Shown one piece after another: positions 48,138 through 61,361 of a stretch of DNA of 64,000 nucleotides. Source of the DNA: Chiloscyllium plagiosum (taxonomy: Eukaryota); the NCBI RefSeq assembly GCF_004010195.1, contig NC_057719.1, positions 80,515,868 through 80,579,867 of the forward strand. The letters are read 5' to 3'. Numbering within the stretch: position 1 is the stretch's first letter; every line of letters begins with the position of its first letter. A model generated the notes under the pieces. It saw nothing but the letters and a program-made list of their open reading frames with translations. It ran no database searches and was not told where the DNA came from. Both the position numbers and the translations under genes were made by a program.

Positions 48138-49721
48138 GGACTCAGGATCTTACTGAATGGCAAAGCTGCTTTGTAGAGCTAAATGGCCTCTTTCAGCTCC
48201 TACTTATCTTGCTCTTATGTACAAGTAGCTATTGTGGAGCACTCTGCTTTGCTACTTCACCCTGTTAGCTGGGTGGTTTGCAGACAAGGTGCATTAACAC
48301 ACTGGAATACCTGACTCTCCGACACAGTGAGGGGTTGTTGTAGAAGTTGTTAGGCTGTGTAAGGGTTAATGCTGAGGATTGCATCAAGCACCACCCAGTA
48401 TACTGATGGACTTGGATGGGAAAACAACTGTGGATCATGAAGGAGATTGATCTATCATCTCAGTCTCCTCATGGTCTTAGTAACAAGATTTATTAGACCA
48501 TTATAACTTGTACCTACTTGCTATCCTGCAATAACCAGCATCTTGTTTGAGATAAGAGCCTCTTGTTAAACTACCGAACCATTTAAGTCTTTAGGCTAAC
48601 AGTAGTTTGCAGACACTTAGTTCAGGTACAACTCCAGCAAGGAGAGATGGGGTTGAGAGAATTTACAAGGAAAGAACCAGAAGCGCATGGGCCAAATGCT
48701 GTAGACAAGTACAGGATCAATGTGAATCACTACAGCTTCCGCTTGGCTGTACTATAACATCCGTACATCTGTTTCAGTGCTCTCCCAGTCTGCAGGCTTG
48801 ATGAACTTCAGAGTGCACTTTGCCTGTGTCCTAGCTTGCATCTGCACCTCCTTCCCCTGCGTAAAACCCAACCCATTGGCCAAGGTCCTGGTCAACCCTC
48901 CTAACTCCAGCCTCTTTCATTTCACATTCATTGTTAGCTGTGTGCACATTTATGAAATATGCTATATTGTTTTACTGCACTAAAGGCACTAAATAAAATC
49001 AACCTATTATGGTAATGAAAAAGGAATTAAGAGAATGGAAGGAGAATAATGTAAACACATGAATAATTTCCATGCAAATTTGATAGTTTGGAAGTCAAGA
49101 TTCTCCCATTCAATGTGGGATTTTGATAATGTTAGTTGAGTAAAGAATTGGACTTTATTTTAAATTCATTCAATGGATATGGAATATTTGAGTGTTGCTG
49201 AGAAGGCCAGCATTTATTGTCCTTCCCTAATTGCTTTTAACAAGGTGATGGTGAGCTAGCTTCTTGAATTCCAGAAAGACTGCTTGTTGCCACACTCTGT
49301 GAAGTGTGGCCTCGATGTTAAGGTAGCTGCGGCATTTTGATGCCGTGACATTTGAAGGAACACTTATACAGCTCCCAATCAGGCAAGAGTGTGCCCTTGG
49401 TGGGGGTGTTCCAATGCCTCAGCAGCCCCTGACCTTTTTCAGTGGGTGAGATAATGGCTTTGGAAGGTGCTGTCGCAGGAGGCTTGGGGAATTATTGCTG
49501 TGTGTTTGAGTCTATAGTAGCCTTTTAGAATGAGAATGATACTTGGTCTAGAGCAAAACCTATATGTGGAGTGTTTTTTTTTTGATGGGGATGTTATGGT
49601 GCTACAGCAACCACACTGCTCTTGCCGACCATGAATCAGCCTGACTCTCTGCACTCCCCGTAGGAAAGATATACAGATGGTGGCAGGAGTAAATAATAAA
49701 ATGGTAGATTGGATGCCAATC

Positions 49722-50149
49722 TGTTATGGACTAGATTAAACCTCCTCAAAATATATGAAGAAGATAGCCTAGACTAATAACCTCTTCTTAGTTTAAAGGC
49801 AAATGCCACGTGTTGCATTCAGAATGCAATTTGATTGGTCAAACTACCAGTCTTGCAACAAAATGCACTTTATTCATACATTATAGTTAAAATACAACAA
49901 AAGAAAGAAGAAATTAAAATAACTTAACTCTATTGGAAAACTGAACAGAAAAATGGATTATTTAACTACCAAACAGTAACTGCTCTGATATAGTAACTTA
50001 ACATAAACACACTCTTGGCAAAGGCAAATTCAGTAAAATTAGATTGTCTCACATGCGATTCTGGCAGGATGAGATACCTCTGTCTTCAAACCTCTCTTCA
50101 AAACAATACCAGGACAAGATATACCTCTTAATGCCATAGCATCATCACA
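49722..50149 (-). mobile_element. Solo LTR (internally deleted)
   Basis: TGT...ACA termini, aatc/gatc flanks, homologous to 62707-63990. Confidence 0.65.
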
Positions 50150-50164
50150 GATCAAGCAGATTTA

Positions 50165-50467
50165 GGGCAGCACGGTGGCTCACTGGTTAGCACTGCTGCT
50201 TCACAGGGACCCAGGTTCGGTTCCTGCCTTGGGTGACTCTGTGGAGTTTACACGTTCTCCCCGTGTCTGCGTGGGTTTCCTCCGGGTGCTCCAGTTTCCT
50301 CCCACAGTCCAAAGATGTGCAGGTCAGGTGAATTGGTCATGCTAAATTGCCCATTGTGTTAGGTGCATTAGTCAGAGGGAAATAGGTCTGGGTGGGTTAC
50401 TCTTCGGAGGGTTGGTTTGTACTTGTTGGGCCGAAGGGCCTGTTTCCACACTGTAGGTAATCTAATC
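50165..50467 (+). mobile_element. HE1 SINE
   Basis: Head, V-domain and tail as in other copies. Confidence 0.92.
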
Positions 50468-52159
50468 AGATTGCTTTTTCTTGGATGGGCTCAGGCTTCT
50501 TCCGTGTTATTGGAACTGGGCTCATCCAGGGCAGTCAGGAGGTGAGTTATTCGCTGCAGAGTGCCCAGCCTTTGACTTGCTCTTGCAGCCTTTCTATAGC
50601 ATATATATAGCTGGTCCAGTTCACTGTCTGGTTGCTGGTATCCTCCAGGAGGTTGGGGGTGGGAGATTCAATGATGGTAAAACCGCTAAATTCCAAGGGA
50701 AGGCAGTATTGTGTAAATTTTGTTCATGATGGTTTTTCCCCACGCTGGTATGACTCAATGTTTGCTTGCTACTTATCAACCCAAACCTGCATCCCATCCA
50801 AGTATTGCTGCGGGTGAACGAGGGCTGTTTAAAGAATTAAAATTAAGATTCAAAAACTACCGAAAGAATTGTGAATGAATAGAACACTCTGTAAGCATTC
50901 CACTACTGGCCCTTCTATTTGAGGGACCGTAGCTGTGTTGAGTTAGGCTGCAGGCACTGCCCTGAGGAACCCCTCCCTGTGGCAATGATGTGAGGCAGGA
51001 TGATTTGCCTCAGTAACTAGAATCCTCTTCCTTTCTGCTACGTACGACTCCAATTAGTGCAGAATGTGTTCCTGCGTCCTATTGACTTCCGTTTTACTGA
51101 GGCTCCTTTGTTCAACTGCTGACTTGATGTCAAGGTTAGAAACACTCTACTCAGCTCTGGAGTAATCAATGATTTATCTTTAAAAAGAGCATCTAGATTG
51201 AATTGGTCCAAAGTGAAAATCTTATCAAATAAATGCTTCAGCTCCAAACTATTTCCTCGTTGCAGATTGGCATTTGAGTCAGATAACAAGGAGAATTGAA
51301 TAAGGTAGACACAAATGTCGAAACTGTGCCTTAACTTGATTTAATGTTTTGTGTGATGCACTGACAATGCCAGCTGTTTCATTACGGATAACTCCAGCGC
51401 TGAGTAATTCTAATCAGTGTCTTGGTTTTCCCCTCCCGTGTAAATAAGTTGGGTTTAGTGTGCTGAAGACTTCAAACTTACCCCAGCAGGGAAGCTGCTG
51501 CGGACGACCAGTCCCATATCCAGGCGTTTGTTCTGTGTCAGACTACTCTCCTACGAACCTGACCTTGAGAATTTTTTTAAAACACCAGGACAATGAGTTA
51601 TTTATAAACCATGTACAAAACCGCATTTCTGAGTTGCATTGTCATGGTTCTGAGTCTGACTCGAGGAACTTGAGCCCTTATTACCTGCTGCCTGCCTGAT
51701 ACAGTACTTGAGGGAGTGCTGCATTGTCAAAGGTGCTATATCCCGACATTATCCCGAGGTGCTGTCTGATTCTTGACATTGTGAAATATCCCTTGGCACT
51801 TTTTGAAGAGTGGGCAAGCTTATCCCTTTCCCATTAAAATTGGTAATTGGGTCATTAATATTTTTGGGACCTTGACTATTGCGATACAATGATTACTCTT
51901 CTTAGAAGTTCGCCATATAGCATGATGGGATGCCCTGGAAGGTGCTATTCAAAGGCAGGTCTCTATATATTTCCTTTTGAGAAACAGTAATTATAAATTG
52001 TGTCACTGCCTCTCAGGCATGATTTTTCATTCAGGGATTGGGAACCAGAAGTGGGAGCTCATTGCAAATCCCCAACCCTCTGCTAGAATTAGGGATCATC
52101 TTGAAGAGAGAGAGAGAGACGGAGAACAGAAAATGCTGGAAACTCAGCAGGGATAAGCA

Positions 52160-53750
52160 GAGTCATAATCATAGAGATGTACAGCACAGAAACAGACCTT
52201 TCAGTCCAACTCATCCGTGCTGACCAGTTATTCTAAATAAATCTAGTCCTATTTGCCAGCATTTGGCATATATCCTTCTATTCATATACCCATCCAGATG
52301 CCTTTTAAATGCTGTAATTGTACCAGCCTCCACCACTTCCTCTGGCAGCCCATTCCATACCACCATCTGTGTGATAAAGTTCCCTCTCGGGTCCCTTTTA
52401 AATCTTTCCCCTCTCACCCTAAACCTGTATCTGCTCTAGTTTTGACTCCCCACCTCCAGGGAAAAATACCTTGGCCATTCACTCTCTTCATGATATTATA
52501 AACCTCTATAAGGTCACCCCTCAGCCTCCAATGCTCCAGAGAAAACAGTCCCAGCCTGTTCAGCATCTCCCTGTAGCTCTAACCCTCTAACCCTGGCAAC
52601 ATCCGTGTAAGTCTTTTCTGAACTCTTTCAAGTTTCACAACATCCTTCCAATAAGGAGGAGACCAGAATTGCACACAGTATTACAAAAGTGGCCGAACTA
52701 ATGTCCTGTACAGCTGCAATATGACCTCCCAATTCCTGTACTCAATGCACTGACCAATAAAGGCATACATAACACCCTCTTCACTATCCTATCCATTTGC
52801 AACTCCACTTTCAAGGAACTATGAACCGGCTCTCCAAGGTCTCTTTGTTCAGCAACACTCCCCCAGGACCTTACTATTAAATGTATAAATCCTGCTCCAA
52901 TTTGCCTTTCCAAAATGTAGCACCTTGCAGTTATCTAAATTAAACTCCTCAGCCCATTGGCCCATCTGATCAAGATCTCGTACTCTGAGGTAACCTCCTT
53001 TGCTTCCGCTACACCTCCAAATTTGGTGTCATCTGTAAACCTACTAACTATACCTCCTATATTCACATCCACATTATTTTGTATAAATGACAAAAAGTAG
53101 TGGACCCGGTACCATTCCTTGTGACACACTGCTGGTCACAGGCCTCCAGTCTAAACAACAACCCTCCACCATCACCCTCCGCCTTCAAGCCAGTTATGTA
53201 TCCAAATAGCTAGTTCTCCCTGTATTCCATGTGATTGAACCTTGCTAAACAGTCTACCATGAGGAACCCTGTCTAACGCCTTATTGAAGTCCCTATAGAT
53301 CGTGTCCACTGCTCTGCCCTCATCAATTCGCTTTGTTATTTCTTCAAAAACCTCAGTCAAGTTACTGAGACACTATTTCCCACGTGCAAATCCATGCTGA
53401 CTATCTCTAATCAGTCTTTGCCTTTCCAAATACATGTACATCCTGTCCCTGAGGATTCCCTCCAACAACTTGCCCACCGCTGACGTCAGGCTTACTGGTC
53501 TGCAGTCCCCTGGTTTTCTTTAAATAGAGGCACCACATTAGTCAACCTCCAGACCTCTGGCATCATACCTGTGACTATCAATGATACAGATATCTCAGCA
53601 AGGTGCCTAGCAATCACTTCCATATCTTCCCACTGAGCTCTAGGGTACACCTGATCAGGTTGGGGGCATTTGTTCACCTTTTACGTGCTTTAAGACGACC
53701 AGCACCACCACGTCTGTAATATGGACATTTTCCAAGATATTGCAGATGAA
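52160..53750 (-). mobile_element. CR1/HER1 LINE, 5'-truncated
   Basis: DFNKALDRVPHGRL, RFTDDTK, WRLTNVVPLFK, VWNGLPEEVVEAG. Confidence 0.93.
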
Positions 53751-54599
53751 CATTTCAGATTTGTTTACCTTCCAGCAGAGTTCAGTACTGGGATATGACT
53801 CCATGCACCTGAGTGTTGAGTTTTGAAAGATGTGAGGTGGAGTGCGGCAACTCCCCCTGCAGGTAGTTCTAGTTACACTGGCCTCAGTGACCCAGTTCAC
53901 ATCGGAATATCTGTCGATGACAAAGGAGTGTCCTGGCTGCTTGAAGAGGTGAAGCCAAACCTTGCTAGGTCTTGGGAAATCCTGGCTGGAATGTGACCTG
54001 GACCCATCAAAGAGAATCCGAGTTCTCCATTACCCCAACCTTGGATCAGTTTGAGTTGGCAGTGGGTAGGATTGGGGTATAGTCGGTTTACTGGGTGCTA
54101 TACTTTGTTGGGCCTGCAGTTGGTGGCAACAAACCAGTGAGGAAGGCACCACTCAACTGGAGGTGACCCCTCACTCACTCCCTTGAACTGGACGGTGATA
54201 CAGGTCATAGCACAAGCACTATGTGATCCACTATTCACTAGTTGAGCTGAAGTTGCATTAGTTGCTTATAATTCATTTAACTACTATGTTTTTCAATAGA
54301 CTGTGTGTGTGTATAGACTACATTTTATTTATTTTTCACTGTTGCTTTCTCTTTGTTTTTTAATATCCTTCCTGCTTTTTCAGTTCCATTGTTGTTGCTC
54401 AGTTCTGTGGGGCAATACTGTCCTCTGCTGTTCTTGCCGCTTCTGGTTTTGAACCATCCTTACCTGTGGTCCTAGTTCTACGTTGGACATCCACACATCT
54501 GCTCTACTCACCAGGGATTGCTGTAGAGTCATCCCAGGTCCTTCCTGTCCCTGTTCTTTGGGACCTATGGAACAATACCAGGCAATATGTGAGCCTGCA

Positions 54600-54920
54600 G
54601 AGTTAGCACTGCTGCCCCACAGCACCAGGGTCCCGGGTTTGATTCCAGTCTTGGGCGACTGCCTGTCTGTGTGGAGTTTGCACCTTCTCCCCGTCTCTCT
54701 GTGGGTTTCCTCCAGGTTTCACCCACAGTCCAAAGATGTGCAGGGTGGGTGGATTGGCTGTGCTAAATTGTCTAAAACGTCCGGGACGTGCAAGCAAGGT
54801 GGATTAGTCATGGGAAATGCAGGGTTGTAGGCATGGGGTGAGTCTGAGTGGGATTTTCTTTGGAGGGCCAGTGCTGACTCAGTGGGCCGAATGGCCTGCT
54901 CCCACACTATAGGGATTGTA
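54600..54920 (+). mobile_element. HE1 SINE
   Basis: gttagcactgctgcc...gggtttgattcc, V-domain, tail. Confidence 0.88.
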
Positions 54921-55837
54921 AATTTCTGAAGAATTGGAGCACATCTCAGTAAACGCACCAAATCCTTGTCTAGTGGACTGCATCCCAACGCTAACTGGCC
55001 TAGAGTAGTATGCTGAGGTAATTTGTGGTAACTTTGGCTTGTCCAGAGTACAAACAGCCTTGCTTCAGTGAAAAGGACCAGAGAAACTGATTTTTTACGA
55101 CAGACACAACCAGGAACAGGCATGTTCAAAATTAAAAAGTGTTTTGACAACAGAGTTGGGCAAGTTAGTCCCACCAATATAAGAGTTGGGAAGGGAAATG
55201 TAAAGATATTGGCCAAAAGAAGCACTAGTGAATTTCTGAGGAGTTCTGGAATACAATGTCTATGTGGTGGAAGCACACTCACTAGTAGATTTTGAAAGGA
55301 CTTCAGGTAGTAACTTGAGAAAGGGGTCAGAAATAGCTGAGAAGGAAATATTTGTATAATGCGGCCAGGAGCAGTGGAATGGATCAAGTTAGAAGACTCT
55401 AAGAGGGAGTACAGTGCAGGCACGGCAGATTGAATAGAGCTCTTGTTTAATGAACACTGGCTAGAATGCACTGTGGAACCGACAGTTTTGGAAAGTGATA
55501 GCACGGCAGGGAACTCGGAATGTGTTCTGTTAGCTGACGCTGGGTGGAATTCAGACTTCTGAAAACCGGAATGAAACAACCCCCACTGTGTGAAAGCCAA
55601 GTGTACAACTTCAAAGCATTGTGACCGCTCCCCATGAATATGCGTTTGCTTCCAGGTCATACTCATGACCTTAAATCGCAGGCACAGCGTTTTTCTTTTT
55701 TTAAAGAACTCGCTGCAAAAGAGGAAATCGCTGTGATCCGCAGAAGAACATGCTGGTATCTCGTTTATAATTCAGGGCCGTTATTGTGGGTTGTGATTGC
55801 GTTAAGTGTGCAATTTGAAAAACTCCTTAGTTGCTGA

Positions 55838-56790
55838 GTCCTCACTCTCTCGGTCCTCACTTTTTGCATCCCGCTAGCATCCACATCCAAAGGATCACGA
55901 GTCACCATTTTTGCCACCTCCAGCAGGATGCCACCACCGGACACACATTTCCCCTCCCATTCCTTGTCAGCCTTCCACAGGGACCATTCTCTCTGGGACA
56001 TTGTGCTCCACTCCTCCTTCACTCCCCACACTCCCAGGGCACTTACCCATGCAATCCCAGAAAGTGCAACACGTGCCTATTTCCCTTATCCCTCCTCCCT
56101 ATCCATGGCCCCAGACACACCTTCCAGGTGAAGCAGCACTTTACCCACACTTCACTCAATTCAGCCTGTTGTGTACTCGCTGCTCACAATGTAGTAAGTA
56201 ACGCCTACCCATAAAAATGACCCTCAGCTTCTAGATGTCTGCCACTTGAACTCATCACCGTGTTCCCATGCCAACATTACTTTCACAGGCTTGTTGGAAT
56301 TTTCTCGCAAGGCTCAAAGCAGCTGTAGGAACAACACCCCCTCTTCTGCCTTCGATATCTGCCAGCCTTCAGGACTCAACATTGTATTTAACAATTTCAG
56401 AACATGAAGACTCTCTAAGATATTTATTGTCCTCCATCACTATTGTCTGTCACTCCCCTAAGTCTGGACATGTGCTGCACCAACCCGTCTTCAATCACTT
56501 AGGATTCTCATTAGCACCCTATCCAACATTTATAAATCCCTTCGCTTATCAGCAACAATCTCTTTACTTTCCTCTCCCTTTTATTCTCTCTCGCTCTCTC
56601 CCTCACCGCTGCCCCATTTACTCTCTTCGCACCTCAACCCCTACCCCCTTATTCAGTATAAATATCACCCTTTACCAGTTATTTTCAGTTCTGATGAAGG
56701 GCCCCTGGACTTAAAACATTATCTGTTTTTACTCTCTACATATTTTGCCAGACTTGCTGAATACATCCAGCACTTTGTTTTCATTCATTA
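55838..56790 (+). mobile_element. Degraded PLE 3' portion
   Basis: GTYPCNPRKCNTC, FQVKQHFT; decayed hammerhead-like ctgatgaagggc at 56691. Confidence 0.75.
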
Positions 56791-56794
56791 GTTG

Positions 56795-57245
56795 GATTCA
56801 TGGAGATGTACAGCACAGAAATAAACCCTCTGGTCCAACTTGTCCATACCGACTAGATATCCTAAAATAATCTAGTCCCATTTGGCCCATAGCCCTCTGA
56901 ACCCTTCCCATTCATATACCCATCCAGATGCCTTTTAAATATTGATTCCTGATGAAGGGTTTTTGCCCGAAACGTCGATTTTCCTCTTCCTCGGATGCTG
57001 CCTGACCTGTTGTGCTTTTCCAGCACCACTCTAATCTAGATTGTAAATATTGTAGTTGTACCAGCCCCTGTCACCTCCTCTGGCTCAGTCCATACACACA
57101 TGCACCACCCTCTGTGTAAAAAAAGTTGCCCCTTAGGTCCCTTTTCCCCCTCTTGTCTTAAACCTATGCCCTCTAGCTTTCGACTCCCCTACCCTAGGGA
57201 AAAGACCTTAACTATTCATCCTATCCATGCCCTTCATAATTTTAC
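56795..57245 (-). mobile_element. CR1/HER1 LINE 3' fragment, split by a PLE unit
   Basis: Matches 1528-1820 and 15100-15430. Confidence 0.88.
56949..56976 (+). ncRNA. Minimal hammerhead ribozyme core (putative) in a 99-bp insertion (56945-57043)
   Basis: CUGAUGA-A-GGGU-UUUU-GCCC-GAAA-CGUC; TSD taaatattg at 56936-56944 and 57044-57052. Confidence 0.72.
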
Positions 57246-57467
57246 TGTTCTAATTTCCAAGCAGTCAGACATCACCATTACTTATTGATGAAGATTATGG
57301 TTACCCACACCATTGGCCTAATCAGTGGGAAAGCTGATTGCATTTGTATAGTGCCTTTGAAGCAACAAAAGACTTCAAAGACACTTTGGACAAGCCAACA
57401 AAATGTGGCACCCAAGCAGATATTAGGGCAGGTAACCAAAAGCTTAAACGGCCACATTTTAAGAAAT

Positions 57468-57678
57468 CCACTCAGTTCTGCTATAATGCATAGTTCTGTT
57501 GTTGTGCAATAAGAAAATTGTGTAGGATCAGCACCATTTAAACTAATGGGGCTGGAATCGCGTTATAATGAATACATGCTTTAAAACTTCACACTGTAGG
57601 AACAGTGTCTCAAATTCGTCAATCATGTTATAGTGAATTTGGGTTAACAAACCGTGTGGTGTAGCAGAACGACCTATA
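57468..57678. mobile_element. MER6/Tigger-like MITE
   Basis: Imperfect TIRs gttctgctata / tgtagcagaacgacctata. Confidence 0.6.
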
Positions 57679-58039
57679 CCTTTTAAGGAGGAGGGGGTGC
57701 AGAGACATTGAGGTACAGAGAGATAATTCCAGAGGTTGGGGCTAAGCAGCTAAAGCCATGGCCATCAGTGGTGGAGTAATGAGAATAGAGGGATGAGTGA
57801 GGGACCAAAATTAGAGAAATATATTATCCATGGGGCATGATGGGGCTGGAAGAGGTTATACCGATACAGAGGGGGAGCTTATGGACACAGCAATGAGGAG
57901 GATTTTAAACACGGTGCTGTGTCAGGAAATAGTGTAGGTTAGCAGGCACTGCAATAATGGGCGTACAAATCTTCAAGTGAGTTAGTGGTCCTGATGGTTC
58001 TCTCACTTTGTTCTCTACGAACATAGTCAGAGACTGGAG

Positions 58040-58558
58040 GAAACAAAAACAGAAAAGCTCAGCAGGTCTGGCAGTGTCTGTGGAGAGAAATCAGAGTTAA
58101 CGTTCTGGGTCGAGTGATCCTTCCACAGAACTGATAGTAACTAGGAAAATGTCATTTTTTGAATGGAGAAGATAGGGTGTGGGGAGTAGCTAATGGGTAA
58201 GAATATAGCCCAGAGAGAGAGAGAGAGAAGAATGGTTGGCTATACGAAGGACTGGGTAACAATTTGGCCAGGAAGGTGAATTAATTGAGTCTGTTAATGT
58301 TTAACAGTGGATTGTGTGTAATAGCAGACTATGTGATAGCAAGGCCTGATGTGTGGGGGTTGGGGTAAGGACATAGGACACCTCCAGCCTTAACCTCATT
58401 GAACTTGATATGGAGTCCAGAAAGCTGCAGGGTCTCCAAGTGGGACCTGAAATGTTAACTCTGATCTCTCCCCACATATGATGCCAGACCTGCTGAGCTT
58501 TTTCAGCAATTTCTGTGTTTGTTTCTGATTTACAGCCTCCACAGTTCTCTCAGTTTTC
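58040..58558. mobile_element. Hairpin PLE derivative, subfamily 2
   Basis: aaaagctcagcaggtctggca...agagttaac inverted against gttaactctg...tgccagacctgctgagctttt. Confidence 0.8.
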
Positions 58559-59364
58559 AATAGATACAGGAGTCGGCCATTTGGCCTTTTTGCTCACTGC
58601 GACTCAGTTAGATCATGACTCCCGTGCACCTCGACTGTGTACCCATCAAAAATCTAACACCCGCCGTGTAGAAAGTCAATGCCCTACTGAAAAACAGTCA
58701 CCCGATGATGATCAGGAGCAGAAGCTGTGATCCATTTGTCATTTCCTGTCTTATGCAGTATTGAACCTGCCTGAAATCAGCTAATTTACCTCAATTCCAC
58801 ACCAGGCATTGATTCTAAGTCAGGTGGTGAGCTGCATGGCATGCCGTTAAATGTTGAGGGACACCATGGAGCGGTAGACATGATTTATTACTGGTTGTCA
58901 AAAGACTATAACAGCAGCCTGATGTCAATCACTGGAATGCAACAACACTGACACCGTGTTTATTGAGTTATCCTCAAGGGAACCTTTCCCTGTCACTTGG
59001 ACTCCTTCAGCTGGGAAAGGCAGGCATGTGAGCTGCAGGCTGTGTTTACTAATTCATTATCCGGTGAGTTGTGTATTCAGAGGTGAGGGCTATATAAAGG
59101 ACTCCCGAAGCATGTTCGATAACAGATCTTCCCTTCCTCCTTCCCTAACAACAAGCCAGATCTTTAACTCATTTGAAATTGTGCAGAGTTAAAACGGGGT
59201 CCACTGTGTCTCACCCCTGGGCCAGCGAGTGTGTTGCTTCATTCATGGACTGGTGACAATCTTTTGCACCTGTCAGTCTGAGAGGGTAGAGGGTATTCTG
59301 CTTGAAGTGTCAAAGCAAAGAATTTTAAACACAATCCAGGCTGATGCTGCCAGTGCAGCACTGA

Positions 59365-60043
59365 GGGAGTCATACGCTTGTACAGCATGGAAACAAACCC
59401 TTTGGTCCAACTCATCCATGCCGACTAGATATCCTAAATTAATTTAGTCCCATTTGCCAGCATTTGGCCCATATCCCACTATTCCTGTACCCATTCACAT
59501 GCCTTTTTAAATGTTGTATTTGTAGCAGCCTCCACCACTTCCTCCGGCAGTTCATTCCATACACGCACCACCCTCTGTGTGGAAACAGTTGCCCCTCAGG
59601 TCCCTTATAAATCTTTCCCCTCTCACCTTGAACCTATGCCCTCTAGTTTGGGACTCCCCTATCCTGGGGAAAAGACCTTGTCTATTCACCCTATCCATGC
59701 CCCTCATGATTTTATAAACCTCCAGACGGTCACGTCTCAGCCTCTGATGCTCCAGTGAAAATAGCCCTAGTCTATTCAGCCTGTCCCCATAACTCAAACC
59801 CTCCAACATCCTTGTAAATCTTTTCTGAACCCCTTCAAGTTTCACAATATCTTTCCTAGAGAAAGGAAACCGGAACTGAACACAGTATTCCAAAAGTGGT
59901 GTAACCAAACTCCTGTACAGCCGCAACATGACCTCCCAACTCCTATACTCCATGCACTGACCAATCAAGGCAAGCATACCAAACACTGCCTTGTTCACTA
60001 TCCTACCTACCTGGGACTCCATTTGCAAGGAACTATGAACCAG
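59365..60043 (-). mobile_element. CR1/HER1 LINE 3' fragment
   Basis: ORF 59552-60028 LYRSLVTPLLEYCVQF...TRGHRFKV. Confidence 0.93.
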
Positions 60044-60429
60044 TCCTTCTCTGACTGTTTTAAAAAATTCTCAAGGTCAGGTTCGTAGGAGAGTAGTCTG
60101 ACACAGAACAAACGACCAAGAGGCGAGTCTGCTAGACTACCTACCTGGGACTCCATTTGCAAGGAACTATGAACCAGCCCTTCTCTGACGAAACATTAAA
60201 CCAAAGCCTGACCCAGCCTCTCGGTTGGGAGGTCCCATTCAGTGTTTTAGAAGAGCATCTCTGACAGCCCAGCACTACTACAGTTCTGCATTGGCATATC
60301 AGCTTTTAGTGTCTGCATGAGACTTACCCCCGGAGCAAGTGAGGACTGCAGATGCTGGAGATCAGAGCTTAAAAATGTGTTGCTGGAAAAGCGCAGCAGG
60401 TCAGGCAGCATCAAAGGAACAGGAGAATC

Positions 60430-60457
60430 GACGTTTCGGGCATAAACCCTTCTTCAG
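60430..60457 (-). ncRNA. Minimal hammerhead ribozyme core (putative)
   Basis: Minus: CUGAAGA-A-GGGU-UUAU-GCCC-GAAA-CGUC. Confidence 0.72.
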
Positions 60458-60672
60458 GAATGAGGAGGGTGTGCCAAGCAGGCTAAGATAAAAGGTAGGG
60501 AGGAGGGACTTGGGGGAGGGGAGGGAGTGGTCTTTCCGGAACGCTGATAGGGATGGGGAGGGAAATATATCCTTGGTGGTGGGGTCCGGAAGGACCACTC
60601 GCTCCGCGACTCCCTTGTCAGATCCACACCTCCCACCAACCCAACCTCCACTCCCGGCACCTTCCCCTGCAA

Positions 60673-61066
60673 NNNNNNNNNNNNNNNNNNNNNNNNNNNN
60701 NNNNNNNNNNNNNNNNNNNNNNNNNNNNNNNNNNNNNNNNNNNNNNNNNNNNNNNNNNNNNNNNNNNNNNNNNNNNNNNNNNNNNNNNNNNNNNNNNNNN
60801 NNNNNNNNNNNNNNNNNNNNNNNNNNNNNNNNNNNNNNNNNNNNNNNNNNNNNNNNNNNNNNNNNNNNNNNNNNNNNNNNNNNNNNNNNNNNNNNNNNNN
60901 NNNNNNNNNNNNNNNNNNNNNNNNNNNNNNNNNNNNNNNNNNNNNNNNNNNNNNNNNNNNNNNNNNNNNNNNNNNNNNNNNNNNNNNNNNNNNNNNNNNN
61001 NNNNNNNNNNNNNNNNNNNNNNNNNNNNNNNNNNNNNNNNNNNNNNNNNNNNNNNNNNNNNNNNNN
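60673..61066. other. Assembly gap
   Basis: Run of N. Confidence 1.
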
Positions 61067-61076
61067 CTCCTCATTC

Positions 61077-61104
61077 CTGAAGAAGGGCTTATGTCCGAAA
61101 CGTC
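61077..61104 (+). ncRNA. Minimal hammerhead ribozyme core (putative)
   Basis: CUGAAGA-A-GGGC-UUAU-GUCC-GAAA-CGUC. Confidence 0.72.
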
Positions 61105-61361
61105 GATTCTCCTGTTCCTTTGATGCTGCCTGACCTGCTGCGCTTTTCCAGCAACACATTTTTAAGTTGAGACTTACCCTCACCTATCTTTACCACTGAG
61201 CAGCAGCTGACATGAAGAATGGGGGAAAAACACTGAGTCACTGTGAGGTGTTGTGAAGAGTTGGTGCTCAGGAAATGTGTATCTTTACAAAACAAGGCCC
61301 GTTTGACAAATGACTGACAATACCAGGACATCTCTGTTAGCTCAACATTGATCACTTATTC

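Larger units (their letters stand above)
60330..61167. mobile_element. Hairpin PLE derivative spanning an assembly gap, 12-bp TSD
   Basis: tgagacttaccc at 60318-60329 and 61168-61179; inverted terminal units. Confidence 0.85.

Noticed and set aside
54719..55666. Longest gap-free ORF in the track (315 aa, minus)
   Set aside because: It runs through an HE1 SINE and the antisense of LINE-like debris, with Leu/Ser-rich composition and no recognisable domain
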